Assembly (NCBI GenBank): GCA_030704615.1 | Contig: CM060732.1 | Coordinates: 74,338,001-74,402,000 of the forward strand | Direction: 5' to 3' | DNA: 64,000 nt | Origin: Takakia lepidozioides | Taxonomy: Eukaryota > Plantae > Bryophyta | Shown: positions 24,071-37,930 of the stretch, piece by piece | Position numbering within the stretch: position 1 is the stretch's first letter | Layout: each line of letters opens with the position of its first letter | Notes under the pieces: generated by a model | Databases searched by the model: none | Seen by the model: only the letters and a program-made list of their open reading frames with translations | What the model was told of the DNA's origin: nothing | Position numbers and translations under genes: made by a program

Positions 24071-27000
24071 TTACAAGTCATTTACCTCATCCACAATAAT
24101 GGTCCCACCAGGTGCAAACCCCACTTCTGCCAAAGTCTCCATATCATCCTCCAAAGGAACTGGCAGGGGAGTGTCCTATATATATGCATCAAAGTAAAAT
24201 TGTGAGTGCTACTTCTGTTTCCAAAACGATCCAACAAATTCAAGATCAAAGTTCGGATCAAATTAGGATCTAAGTTGCATGACCAACTATTTCAATGGAA
24301 CACACAAGTGAGACATGTCTATTAGGTCCACAGGACTCCCCAGAAGGAGAGCACACACAAGCTTCTTCGAAGCATCTTGTAACAGTCCCAAATCTCATCT
24401 TTAAACAGGACAATTAACTTCAAGCTCTAAAATAATCTAAGCATATGGAATCCAAGAGCAACCCACAAATTACACAGGTGATGAATGTAGATCAGAGTTT
24501 CAAAACAAGAGATGGAATGGTATTCAACAACGTACAAAGCAATTGTGCTTGGTGCACTCCCGGGGACCAATTTGAGATATGCACCATACATTGAGATTTA
24601 GCTCTTGGCAAAGCATCTAACGAACAAGAGGACGTAGCAAGGCATGCCTGTTCTTTGAAAAAGAGGCGCTGCCGAGTTGCCTTGAGCTTGTATAGGCTCT
24701 CACACACAGCCTTCAATCTACCAATCTGCAACCCCTCTTCCACCAAATGGATCCAGATGTTATAACATCTGAAATTCAGCCTATGCATGCAGTCAAGGCC
24801 TGCAGCAATGCCTGAACCACAAATATACAGTTGTTCTCTACAGAGCAAATTCTTCTCATTAATGTTGACTAGGCTGGACAGCAACACAAGTTAAGACAAA
24901 GTAGTGTTGTAAGGTTGTGAAAAGGTAAATAGAAACTGAAGGTTACACTCTCATTCCTTTGTATCTGCAACCTGCGCACTCACTTTGCTACCCTTTTGCT
25001 CTACAGTTTTTGCTCTTCAGTTAAAGGACTTGACATTTGTCTAGCAGTGCTTGGCACTAATTCTCTATGAAAATTCAATGGAAGACCCAGGTATGGTGAA
25101 GTAGTAGTAACATGAAGGTTCTTACAGATTGATGGCAAGAGTCCATGGCCTGTTACAAACATGAGAGGGAGAAGAAGAAAGATAGCAACAAGCGGAAGCA
25201 TGGCGTGCTCCCATGGGAGCTTGAGGAGTTCATGCAAAGGACCTTCCTAGAGAAGGCCACTACAACCATTGCCATGTGGGAGGTACACCCATTGAAAAGA
25301 TGGGTCTCCACATACATAGATTGCACAAGGCTTTATGAAGTACAAGAGTTTTTCCTCAACATAGGTCTAGACGTCTAGACTCAAGTAAAGCTGATGAGTA
25401 AAACAGGCCAGATCAAATATCAACTTCATGGGCCGAGTTTCATGGTTTGTCAGCACCAAAACCAAGTCAAGGAACATAAAGCACTGACCGTGGTGGAGCT
25501 GGGGAGCTTCTTGGTGATGGGAACCCTCTCTCCAATAGAGGAAGCAACACACATGATGATGAGGGCTGGTCCAACCAATAACAAATCGAATGAGCAAACG
25601 TGTGGGTTCAAAATGAAGAGAGTTCTCCAAACCGTTCCTTGTCAAGACTCCCAAGTGTTTTTCTTGTCCATCCAGACTTTCCTCATTAACTTTCTGGTAA
25701 CTCAAATACCACTCTGAACCATCCTACAAGTGCAGTGGAATGTGATGACAGAACCTTTTCAAAAAAGATATAAACAAAATAGACAAACAGAGGATACTCC
25801 AGTATCAATGTTTTGTCTGTGCTTCTTAACTCCAGTTGACCATACTACAGTGTTGTGAATGTCGTACCCTGGGTCGCACATTGAATCCTACAATATTTGG
25901 ACTGGATTTAATCCAACAGCCTCACCAGAAACGGTGAAAGGGTAAGGAAGGGCTACATACGGAGAAGGGTAGTGGCCATCTTCTGCGTTTTGCCAGTTGA
26001 ATATGCGTTGCCTGTTTCCACTGGGATATCGTGTAATATCCTGAGCTTTTCAAATCTGCAAGTCCACTAATCTTATCAACTCAACGACCACTATTGGTTC
26101 AGCAGTAGAAGCTTCCTTTGCAACTTGCACAACTAAACTAGATCAATGCTTTCCAACAGAACTAAGATAACCGTTAATGCTGCACTATCATGTGAGCCAT
26201 TTGTTGAAATTTCCTGGTTGATGCACACTAGTAGGAACCCTTTCTGAAATGTCTGCAACAGGAAAGGACGTTCAGCAATCTAAGGGACCTCAATGCCAGT
26301 TCTGCTTCCACATCCTCTCTATACAAAAAGCCAGGGAGGGAACAGCTCACCGAAGCCACCAACAGCAGACCAACGAAAGCCGTGTTAACATTAAATTGTC
26401 AGGGGAAAAGTGTACCGTGGGTGAGACTTCAAAACCACTTCAGTGTCGCTTGAATGCAGTGTGCTCAGCACGTGGCGCACATATCTGCACATCACAGAAA
26501 CACAAGAGAAAACCAAACGAACATAAACAATCTCAAACATCACTAAGAGATGAAAGTGCACTGCAAGCAGGAACAGTCCTCACTGCTGAAGGAATCCTTT
26601 AAGAGACAGTTGTATCTGGCGCTGATCTTGTAGTATGTATGCTATTTGATCGCCATGAGAAAGACAGAAAGAGAAATGGACATCTGCAACACCTACAGGG
26701 GGCCCTGAGAGCCATGCGACAAAGTAGTATAACAAGCAAAACCAAATCAAAGAAGGTATTGTTATGGAGATAAGCTGCCAGACACTCCTCATCCCAACAC
26801 TGAAGGCTGCTGCGGAAGTCAGGGAGTCTCTAAGGAGACAGTAGTAGCTGCGCTGATCAGGAAAGGACAAAGAAAACTGGCACTCTCTTTCTGGTACAGT
26901 GTACCCTCGGTGTGTGAGAGAGCAAGACCTGATTTCGGAGTCCCTCCTCTCTCTTGGTTTCACCTGTGGAAGATGTGCCCCAGATGAGCACAACTGTAAG

Positions 27001-30000
27001 CAGAAGCATTCAGTTGGTCTAGCCACGGGGGATCATAGAAAGTTGACATAGAGTTCAATCTTCCTGTGTCTCCAACAGTTTCCACTCCATCTTTCACTAC
27101 TATACTGGTAGGGAACTAAATGTATGAATCTAATACAACGAGTCCTACCACATCCTTGCCCAGAAACATACCAATCAATCAAACAACAGCAGTCCATGCT
27201 TCTGAATTCAGACAGTGCCCAAACCTCGGTAGGAACTTGGTCATGTCCAACTGACAGGTAAAGGAGAATGCTATGATAAGTTGAAAGCAAAATAGAGACA
27301 ACTGGGCATTAATAAGTTATATCATTCAGTTTAGGTTGACATCACATAACAGAAATGACACACAGACAAAAAGCATGTTAGAGCAAACTCCACACCAACA
27401 CACCACTGAATACTTCTCATCAGAAGGAAAGAAGTTGCATACTTGGCTACTATTGAGGCTGGTAATTCTGCCGATGCGGGCGATGAGCATGTAGCGTGTT
27501 GCAGTCCCGTTTATCGGATCTGTGAGAGGATTCTCAGATAATCGCACGGCCTGTGTAAATATATACTTTTAAGCTGTGAGGATTACTTGAGACTCTTTCA
27601 TTTCCCTAGATCATTTTTTGTGGAGTCAGTTCTTCCACTTCCAATCTTGGCATGAAACTGCTAGAGGTCTCCAGGTAGATGGCCTCGCATCTCAGTCGCA
27701 AGGTCAACTTTCCTTCTGGGGAAGAGCAAAAGGAGTTCGTATTGTTGGAGAAAGCAACGACTCTCTCGATTCTAGTAATAAAACAGAACACATTTTGACC
27801 TTTTGTTGGCAACGAAAGCAGTATGCAAGCACTAAAATTACCTGAAGAGCAGGAAAACAATTGAGAGCATCCACAGACAGCCAGTCCAAAATCTTATTCC
27901 TAGCTGCACCCATCCATTGGCAATCAATGTTCGAATCAAGTTATCAAAGAGCCTAACCTACACAACTTGGAGGAGACACAGTATACTGTCTGTAGGATGC
28001 ATTCACATCCCCCTTGAATTGATTGGAAATTCAAGCAGTCCTAACATAAGATTGTGTACTGATTTTTGAAGGGCTTTTTAAAATGCAACAAGTGAAGCAG
28101 CTGGAGGTTGTGGGTGTACCCAGAATAAGGCAGCGCAAGGATGCAAAAGGAACTTGCATGGTCTTTCCATCCTTCGACCACTGGTAATCCTCAAGAAGGT
28201 TTGACATGTCCGGATAGAAGATATGTTGAAGGCTATTGCCACTGAGATACAGCTGTTCCAAGCTGCAGAAATGAACTTCGCAAAAATAAGTGTGGGACCA
28301 ACATTCTCATACAACTCATTTCAGCTTTACAAATGGATGCCAGACAAGGTGCACCCAAAGAATATGTAGTCCACACAGATACAGCATTGCAATGGCTTCC
28401 AAGACAGGTCGACACAGCCCAGTTGCCTGGAGCTCTCTCTCCATGCATATGTGGGTTATTTCACAGCCTAATAAAACACTGAAACTTCCATCGTTGAAAA
28501 TGCTCATTGCCTTGGTGCATTCAATGCTGCTTTGGCATGGTAACAGAAAATCATGAATGACTGACAAAGCAAACAAAAGGCACCTTCGCAGTTGAGAGAG
28601 CTTTACAATCTCATCCCAGCTGTTGAAATGGTTGTCTTCCAGATTCAACAGCCGAAGCGATTCAAACCCTTGCACGAAGGCCCCGTCACTCCCGTTGCAA
28701 TTGGAGCTCTCCCTGCCCTACCACTCCAGCAGTCAACACCAAGGGTCACTCCACGAAATTAGAGCGTATTGGCCAACCAGTATGGAGAGATAGCAAGAAA
28801 GAAATTTCATAAATCCAGAGGCAGCTCTGATGTGCATGAGAGCAAGTAGAATAACAAGAAAAATTGCCTCAAAAGACACCAAACCTCAGTGCTAAAGGCC
28901 ACCGCCAATGACTGGGGCTCTAATAAAGAGACAGTAGAATTCCTAGTACACAGAACAAGACAAAAAGAAATGTTACTGTCACTAGTTCATTGGTGGTACA
29001 GATAGGCAGATTCTAGCCTGGGTGGGTATCGTATTTAGGGCCCCCCTCCCAATCCAGAGGGTGTTTGAGCCAGACTGGGAAGGTCCCCAGGCCCTTGTGA
29101 GGCCCTTGCTGTAGCCTTCTAGCCTTATACACGGAGTATGGATGGACAGATGGACAGACAGAGGGAGGGAGTGTTTGGATGAAGGAAACAAATATCGAGG
29201 GAGGAATGTGAAGGTGGGGTAGAGCTGGGGTGGTTCCTGGAATTGTAGACTACCTCAAATCTCTGCAACTTATTTCCACAAAGCGAAAGCTCCTGAATGT
29301 TGGGAAGAGATCCTTTCAAGATCTCGACCTGCAAAAATAGAACAAAATGTTACTGGCCCAGTCTCTGGTGTGATGGCTGCTGGACTTGCTGGCCAGTCAT
29401 CCGAGGTACTATCAGGATAGAACGGTAGTTCCCTTAACAGTGAAGAGTGACTGTAACAGACTGCAAATTGCAACAAACTGATGAGTGAAATTTCTGATAG
29501 TAGTTGATCTCTCATGCTAACTCTCATTATTCAATTTATGTGAAGCAAGTGACTCTGTTCTGCTTTGCAAAATCCTAGTCCCGTAACACCCTGACACTGC
29601 ATTTGCTATTGTAGTCTAGTCTATCTGCATGAGTATACCTGTTCCCATGACATGGCACAATTGTTGAGCACAAGTGTTGTTAGACTTGAGAGCACCGGCA
29701 CATGACTATTGGACACAAGCAGGAGGCGGCTGCTGCTTAGGTCTAAGATTTTGAGTGCAGGTAGCTCCTCACAAATGCACCCCACCTCCTGCAAAAGTAC
29801 CATCAAACCCAATTTGACACATTGAATGCTATTGTTGTCTTTGGTCGTGCAACTAATATTTCAAAGTGCTGAATGGAAAAAACGACACTTGAACAAGAAC
29901 CCTGCATAAAAATATCTTGCAAGTCTCTCAGTCTACAGGACAATCAGCATTTTCCCGAACTAGTCAGGGCCAGGATCTATGCCTTACATGCCAGTTGGGT

Positions 30001-31168
30001 AGGAGGTTCCCAGTGAGATCCAGGTCAGTAATATCTGCAGCATAACATTGAAGACTTGTCACCAAGGTGCATGATAAAAAGGGTAGATAAAACTGATTCC
30101 ATTTGTCATATCGAAAACACGTTTTTGAACAGACCTGAATGGTTCATGATCCATCCACTTCCCAGCATCATGTCATGGAATAAAGAGACATTTCTTCAGC
30201 CTGCAGTGAGGCAGCTCTATAAGCCATTGATGAGAATGAATGATGTATTGGGAAAGCCGGAGAAACAAGTGACTGTAGCAGCCAGGTGTGAAAATGCAAA
30301 ATTGAACTGACAGAGACAGATCAGGGCCTTTACTTGGAGCAACTGTTTGAATCTGACCAGGGGGCCCAGCAGAACATACGCCTGCATGGGCAAGGGAGGC
30401 CGTTCTTAGCATCTCTAGGCGGCGTTGCCGTTCCTCAACCTGGGCCTTGCCAACAAGCTCCACTGCCACTCGCGTCTGCCTCACTGATACTATATACATG
30501 TCTTCTGCAACAACCCCTCACCCCCTCTGAGATTGTCAGGTGTGTTTATTACACTCTGTTAGTAACTTCTGGTCATAGTTTGTTGTGTTCGAACACAGTG
30601 ACCTTTCCCTTGGAACTTCACACTAGTATATGGCCACAAGGCTAAGGGAAGCCAAGAATATGAGCACATCTCTTCAGAGCAAGTCCTCTGTGTACATCTC
30701 TCCCTACTTGTACTTGTACTTCTATCCTTCTCATGCACTACCAAAACTGTCCTCCAATAAACATCCCGTGTCTGTTGGCATTCTACTGGTAACATTTGAT
30801 CATCCTGCATCTGCCTATCTCAAGCACACTGCCAGACAACAGAGACGATGAATACCCTCTTCAGAATCAGCCAACTGGTTTGCCCTGTATCGCAATGAGA
30901 GAGCTTCAAGTAAGGAGACTCCGGGCCGCAGAGTATGGGATCGCACAAGCGACCCTGACTGCTCTCTGGCGGTGTCAAAATAGTGGATTCCATTCAATGT
31001 TCCATTGTGACGGCCCTGCCCACTATCCCAGTCCACTCCTATCCAAGTGCCCTGATAGCCTTCCACTGTTCCCACAAATTTGACAGTGCCAGACTGGGGG
31101 CCCTTCTCGGGATTTACAGAGTAGACTCGCTGCCCCATCTGGAAGCCAGGAGCCTCCACAGCAGCCAT
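24071..31168 (-). CDS. TBCE: Tubulin-folding cofactor E (CAP-Gly + LRR + Ubl), multi-exon
   Basis: CAP-Gly GTVKFVG..WIGVDWDSGQGRHNG..YF; LRR exons LNLEDN, LYLSGN, LRCLILG, RLSENP; VKPRERRDSEIR|YVRHV; KKLPSSTT|IGRLKAVCESLYKL; last exon LEDDMETLAEVG..IIVDEVNDL* (stop at 24071). Confidence 0.92.
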
Positions 31169-32510
31169 AGCCTGCAAACATCAGCGTTGAGCATAATATA
31201 AGAGGGGGATAATGTGATGTACCAGATGATGTACTAGGTGATGTACCACCGACAGATCTGTAGGATGGAATGGATCGATGTTACGTAAGACTTCAATGCT
31301 TTCCAGAGGACGACACTGGAGATGCACATGGTCTAGGTCTAAAATGAGTGCTGTGTAAAGCTCGAACTCGAAAAATTCCATTCTGCAAGCATGTCATCGT
31401 AGCACAAGCACTGCTTCAGAGCTTCGATGGCTACGCGTCCGAATTCCCGCCTTCGCTAGACTAGTAGTTTCTTGTGGGGCATCAGTTTCAGGCAACCACT
31501 TCAAACTCGATCAGACATTAGAACTGGCTCTCCGACTGATTGTACTGCACACGCTGCGGTGTCTAAGTTGCGCATTCCACCATTGGAGTGATTCAGGGGA
31601 CAGAGACAATGTTTAAATTCATGTCTCAGACGGAGACTCATAAGCTAGAAGAGAAACAAACCGATGTCTCAACCACATACGTATAAAAGCTACAGCACCT
31701 AGCTGGTAATTGAAAAAGCAAATCCAAGAAAAGGATGGAAAGTAGTGTTGTCAGAAATTGTACCGAGAAGACAGATCATATACCACGACAGAAAGAAGTA
31801 AACAACCGGTTCGATCATGCGGGTCGAATCCAGCTCAATGCTCCCGTCTCCATCGCAACGTAGAGGGCTGCCCAACCCCTCTTAAACACAAAACAGAACA
31901 ACCCAAAGCAGATGCCAGTTTGCACCTACCGAGCACCTATCTCGTCACAAGAATGGATCCAACAACAAATTGCACAGGAATTCTGTCTTAGCTCTGCTCA
32001 GGTTGTGAGTTCTCTTTTGAGATTCTACTAGAACACTGTTTTCCTTCTGAAAACTCGTGATGCTAAGCGGAAGCATTCTCCGAATACCCATACACCGTAC
32101 TTTATGTACTAAAACCCACAATATGAGAACCTAAAATTGGAAGAGATGACGTCGGTGTCGTGAAGGACCGCGACGAGTGCCTGGGAGCTCGCTGCAGCAA
32201 ATGAGCAGGAGAGGCGATCTTACATACTGGTCTGCCTTTAAAGGAACTCCATACTCTTGCATTGTAGCTTAAGAGTGTTTAGCGGGGTTTAATTCGTATC
32301 TAGAGATGATTGTGTCTCTGCAGCTGAGGATACTCGTTCGAGTCTGTGTAATGACGCTGATTGTTGATTGCCATGAACGAGTTGTGCAACAGCCAGGGTT
32401 CAAAGTCTTCTGGGTTTTCTTTCCCGATAACTTGCAGCTCCATGTTAGTTTGCATGACGTTAGTGGGTTTGGTTCAAGTCAATCGACATGTAGATTAGTA
32501 ATGCCTCACT

Positions 32511-32532
32511 CTGTGTGCGTGTGCGTACGTGC

Positions 32533-32580
<48 letters not shown>
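32511..32580. repeat. Compound (GT)n(GA)n microsatellite
   Basis: Direct reading. Confidence 0.9.
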
Positions 32581-32799
32581 CTATCCTTGCAGTAATTGGT
32601 CTCTAAGCAGACCTATGCAGCTTCTAAACAAAGTACGTGGGGTTGTTGATGGGGCCTCAGCATACTCGGCCATACGTCTTCTTCCATTGCGGAATCTATC
32701 TGCATGGGGTATTTGTAATGGCGGCTTTCATCTGCGATTTCTGGAATTAAACCTTGAATGGCTCAAACAACTTGAATTCACACTCTGTAACCGTAAGGC

Positions 32800-32920
32800 G
32801 CAAATCGTCGCAAACGAAGCTTAACGTCGCAAACGGATATGTGGCCACATACTGCTTACGAAGCTTATCTGCAAACGAAGCTATATGTGGCCACATATCT
32901 GCAAACGAAGCTTATCTGCC
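32800..32920. repeat. Short tandem cluster GCAAACGAAGCT / ATATGTGGCCACATA
   Basis: Several GCAAACGAAGCT units and two palindromic units upstream of the SNAPC1 ATG. Confidence 0.75.
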
Positions 32921-33165
32921 AGGAGCTTAATTGCACAAGACCCTAAGCCGATCGAATGACATAGAACTGACTACCCAACGCCTACTGAATCCCCTAGGGT
33001 GGAAGTGTGGGTGAACACTCTTTTATGTGGGTCCCAAATGGTTTTGAATTCATGCAGTGGAAGAGTGTGAAGAAAATGGTGACACACGAGATAATCAGGT
33101 TTGAAATAAGCACTAACCCACGATGATGCAAGTACTGCCAGAGTGGGCAAGGCAAGCAAGGCATT

Positions 33166-36100
33166 ATGGATATGACAGCATCAGCCCAGGATATCCATGA
33201 CCTCGTGGAAGCATTTGCAAGTGTATGTTGAGCCTTTTCACCCTTTGTCGAGTGATTTTTTCTCCTTGCTGTCACCAAATTTTGCAGTGTTTACATTTTT
33301 CCTCTCATATTGTTGTGAGGTCTGCATTGTAACTACAGATACACATCCATCGGGTAGGTTCCTGCAAATAGAGTGTTCACATCAAGGTAATTTTCTGAGG
33401 GAGGTCTCACCCTTTGCCGAAAAGTGTCTGTCAGGAACTCATATGCATTTGATTTCGAGTCAGGATGCTGATGCTGGGAGACGATTTCATGATGTGTTTT
33501 GTGTGTGTGTTGATGGGGACCAGAGAGAGGGTACAGAGCTGGCACATATGAAGGAGTTGTGGCAGGCACGCAGTTTTACCTTCATCCACGAGGCGCGCCC
33601 CAAGGATGTTACACCACTGTTCTTCATGCAGGCCCTTTACTCCGCTGCCCTCAGTCAGTGATCTCTTCTATCAGATTTCTTTCATAGTTCTCTGCTTCAG
33701 GACAGTACACCAGTATGAGTGGATGTCTCTCAGAATGCTTTAGAGGATACAGACTGGGTAGTGGGTTATTGAGGTTTCTCGCATAGACATTGAAAGGTGC
33801 ATTAAAGGGAGAGGGGTGAAACATTTTCTGCACGGATAATCATGAAAAAAACTTATTTTTCTGGAGGTCCCTCTGGCCTTTTACTGGTTGGGAGGCTGTC
33901 TGTGCATAAGATAGAGAGAAAAATGTGCTTGTTGTATGAGCATCATCCTATACTGGCTGTGTGTTTGGCAATGGTCAGGCCACGTGGTGGGAGAAAATTT
34001 GCTCACCTGGAAGCTGGGAGGCTTGTACGTACTCTACACTCTCTACGAGACACAACTGTTTGAGCCCCGTTTCAAGATCTACTTGTCTCTGGGTAAGGCG
34101 CTGACTCAAATCTGCAACAATTGTTTCAAGATCCTCCTGTTTAAACTCGCCTCAGGTTTTGTGTGAATTTGTTCAAGGCTTGATCTTCAGCTACAGTTGA
34201 CATAGTTTCCTGCTTGGTTTGCTGGGTTCTGTATGCTAAGACTGTTGCAAGTATTTGACCAGCCCATACACAGCTCTGCTGTTTTGACAATTAGAGAGAG
34301 AAAGAGCTCATGTAGGCATGCCTCACTTGGATGTCAGCACAGAGGATTTGGAAAAGCTGCAATTTCTGGTGAGGGAGCTGAAGCGGAGAGGGTACACAGT
34401 GGCTTTGAAGGTGGTCCATGCCATGCTCCAGAATAAAGTGTTTATGTTTGGTTGTGTGGCTGTCAACCAGGGCAGTATAGCAGCTGCCTGTGATAAGCTG
34501 GCTGCCCAAGCTGCATCTCGCCTTCAGCATGCTCGTATAAGGCACTGCTCTTCTTAGCCTCCTCTCCTGTGATGTGTATACATGAATAGAGGGAGGGGGA
34601 AGCGCAAGCGCTTTTGGTGATTATTTTTCCATTGGACTGGACCCAAATCAATGACGGCAAAGAAACTAAAATGACTCAGGGACAGACGAAGGTCGAGGGG
34701 TTAGAGATAGACAAGCATTATAAGTACACGATCATTTATTTGTTGCCTGTCTTTTGTGCAGATTGCTTTCCAATGTCCCCATTCAGCAACATTTACTTGG
34801 GAACCTGGTGAGTGTGTAGAAGTAAGTCCGTTTTGTAAAATTCATGGGTCAACGTTACAGAACAACAGGCATAATAGATGTTTGGCTTATCTCAAGGATT
34901 ATGCACAGGACCTCTGCAGTTGAGCTCTTCTGTGTAGCAAAATCTTGAGGTTAGACATCTCACCCCTTGGTCTGCATGAGTGCATGCATGTGATTTTACC
35001 TATTCAATGGCTTAGGAAGTTCTTGAATTTTGTGCGGTGCGAGCAGGCGATGGAATTCTCGCTGGATGACGTCAAGAATCTTGGCCGGGACTATTCGGCA
35101 GCCAAGCATCATGTCTTCTCAGGTAAATAAGATGTGTGTCTTTTTGTGTCAGACAGTCATTTGCTTTCGTTGGCTAATATCATGGTCATTCCTAAAGCCA
35201 TGCAGATGTATTTGAGTCTGGATGCATTTATTTGAAGTCGATCACATTTTATAAGGTGGTTGGAACCAGGCATTGGGTCCATGGAAAGTGGGGCTGTCAT
35301 GGCAACACTAGCTGAGGAGGAGGGGACACTTGGAGATGAACTGAAGGACGTGGCAGAAGCTTGGGAGTCCCGTCGCAAATCATTTGTTCCCCGTGAACCC
35401 ATTCCTTGTCCTGAGGTAAAGTCCAGAGTCTTTATACATGTCACCCTCTCAAAACTCCACACACATTGTCTAAACTCCTCTAGGCAACTTAACAATTTCT
35501 AGTCACTCTTACTAAATGAATTGCACCACTGATTATGAGAAGTATCAACATTTGGCCCTCTCCCCAGACGTGAGCAGGCATTCTGGAATTTGGAAGAATC
35601 AGTTTTTAGTAACGGTGAGGTAAGTGCTGTAGATTCTGTAACACCCTGTTAATGGAAGAATGTCAGACATGATCCAAGAAAGCTTTGGTGGATTTCTGTT
35701 TGCATGTTTGAGGCACATCAACCATTTTGGAAGCTGACTAACTTGCTATTGTTAGCTAGCCTGAGAGTCCTTTGACACATAGGCATATAAGGTGTTTGTA
35801 TCATAGAAGTTTGTGTTGGATTAAGTCTCTTAGTTTGAGAGGAAATTATTGAGTAATTGATTGGAATACTGTATCAGGAAGTGCCGCCAATGTCACAAAA
35901 ACGAAAGCGAACACGAGGTCAACCGCAAGGTCAGTGTGCTGATTTGTTGAGTTCATCTCATGTAATGCTGGGATACTTTCTGCACCTTATTTTGCAGTGC
36001 TGGTCCAGATTTTGGCTCAATTAATTTTCAATATAGAGGAGTGCAGGGAGAAATTTGAAAATGAGCTGGTTTCTAGTTAGTGTCAGCATAACAGTCCGGC

Positions 36101-36547
36101 TAACTTGCTCACATTAACAGAAAGATAGACCAGCAAGAGATTCATTATACTGAAGTCCGTGTGAAAGAATGATCAATCTCTGGCCTATTGCCACGATGTG
36201 GAAGCCTTCTTAACAGGTCAGGATGCAACTGCAATTTTTATACATCTACTGTGTTCCACTTGCTCAAATTTATAGCCAAAACGTTTTTTACAACAACTGG
36301 ATCGTAAGGAGAGGCGAGTTATGTTGGCTGTCTAACCAGTCATTGCTCTTGCTAAGTTATACTAAAGAGTGTTTGGCAGGCCGAAACCACAGACAGGTGA
36401 TAGAAGTTCGTCTTTGACATATTTGTTGGCTTAACAGGACATTTGGTGCCTGATGGTGAGGAGGTCATAAGAGATGCAGTTTGCCAACGTACAGAGGACG
36501 AAGTGCTTGCTGATGAGATAGTGGGGCTTTTGGAACAAGACCAATGA
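33166..36547 (+). CDS. SNAPC1: snRNA-activating protein complex subunit SNAP43 (At3g53270-like), about 10 exons
   Basis: MDMTASAQDIHDLVEAF|..MKELWQARSFTFIHEARP..FFMQALY|..KLGGLYVLYTLYETQLFEPRFKIYLSL|EDLEKL..MLQNKVFMFGCV. The C-terminal exons are less certain. Confidence 0.82.
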
Positions 36548-37404
36548 AGCCCCCAACTTTGTATGCTGGGCTTGTGCAATTCCTTAAAGCTTCCATGCAT
36601 GCAATGCTTTTTTCCACAGCTGTTCAACATTGAAACTTGCAAAGGTTAAAAGAGGAGATACTGAAACTTCCAACTAGCATTTGTGAAGAGTCCATGTACA
36701 AGATGGTCCTCATGTTCTAAATGTGCTTGCTTCCTCTCTCATAGTCCATGACATGTAAGCGGTATTTTTCATGTTCGGAACATGCTTTGTTTTTTCTCTT
36801 AATTCTTTGACACAAAAATATCAAGTCCTTAGCTACAACATATCCTCCTATATTCTTTGAGGGTACTCCCCATGAGCCATTTTGCCCACCAGGTGTAGGG
36901 CTGCTATAATAACATGCCAAGACACAATGTGCATTGTTGCTTCAGCCCAAGCTCTGAGAGAGAGAGAGAGAGAGAGCTCATCAATGTCAACCTGTAGCCT
37001 TTTGGCCTCCCCAATTTGATTGGAGATAAGGAATGAGGGGATATGTTATATCTACTGTTGAGTCCTTCATGCGATCGAGCTTCTGCAAACATATCTCTCA
37101 GTACCTTCTTCCATCAGTTGCCCACCCTCTTTCAGTTTGCATTTCGATCACGACAAACCGGCTCATAAAGAAAACAAACAAGCCCCTTCAATGTTGATGC
37201 CCACTACTTACATACCCAAGTCCTCACACTGGACTCCATAGCCTCTGCACACTGCTGTTTCTGAGCTTTCCCCTTCCTGCCCAAAGAGCCACTCTGCGTT
37301 TTTACTTTTATGTTTATTTTAAATTTTAAATAGTTTCAAGTATTCATGGTTTCTATTCGTCGTCCATATCTAGGAGATGAACGATTGAGATTCGTCATGT
37401 CCTG

Positions 37405-37432
37405 AAACCCTAGTGCAGCTGGATTAGGGTTT
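37405..37432. promoter_or_regulatory. Two telo-boxes upstream of RPL14
   Basis: AAACCCTAG (37405-37413) and TTAGGGTTT (37424-37432), typical of plant ribosomal-protein promoters. Confidence 0.65.
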
Positions 37433-37528
37433 GAGAGGATGAAGAGCGCGAGAGCGGACGGTCTCTCTCCTTTCAGTGCAGCGTGAGCCGTCGCATCGGT
37501 GGTGTGAGTTCTCATTGTTGAGAGCATC

Positions 37529-37930
37529 ATGCCGTTCAGGCGCTATGTGGAGATCGGCAGGGTGGCCCTGGTGAATTACGGGCCGCAGTATGGCAAGCTG
37601 GTGGTGATAGTCGACGTATTGGACCAAAACAGGGCGCTTGTGGATGCGCCGGAGATTGTAAGAAGCTCCATTAACTTCAAGCGCCTGTCTCTGACTGATA
37701 TCACCATTGAGATCCAGAGAAACCCGAAGAAGAGGGAGCTGAAGAAGGCCATCGAAGACGGCGAAGTGTACAAGAAGTGGGAGACCAGTGCTTGGGGCCG
37801 CAAGCTTGCGGTGCGCACTCGCAGGGCCGCGTTGAATGACTTTGATCGCTTCAAGGTTATGGTGGCGCGCGTCAAGAAAAGTGCCATCATTCGACGGGAA
37901 CTCGGAAAGCTTAGGAAAGGGAAGGCTTAA
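37529..37930 (+). CDS. RPL14: 60S ribosomal protein L14 (eL14), single-exon CDS
   Basis: [57 protein letters not shown], 133 aa, intact. Confidence 0.97.
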   Translation: MPFRRYVEIGRVALVNYGPQYGKLVVIVDVLDQNRALVDAPEIVRSSINFKRLSLTDITIEIQRNPKKRELKKAIEDGEVYKKWETSAWGRKLAVRTRRAALNDFDRFKVMVARVKKSAIIRRELGKLRKGKA

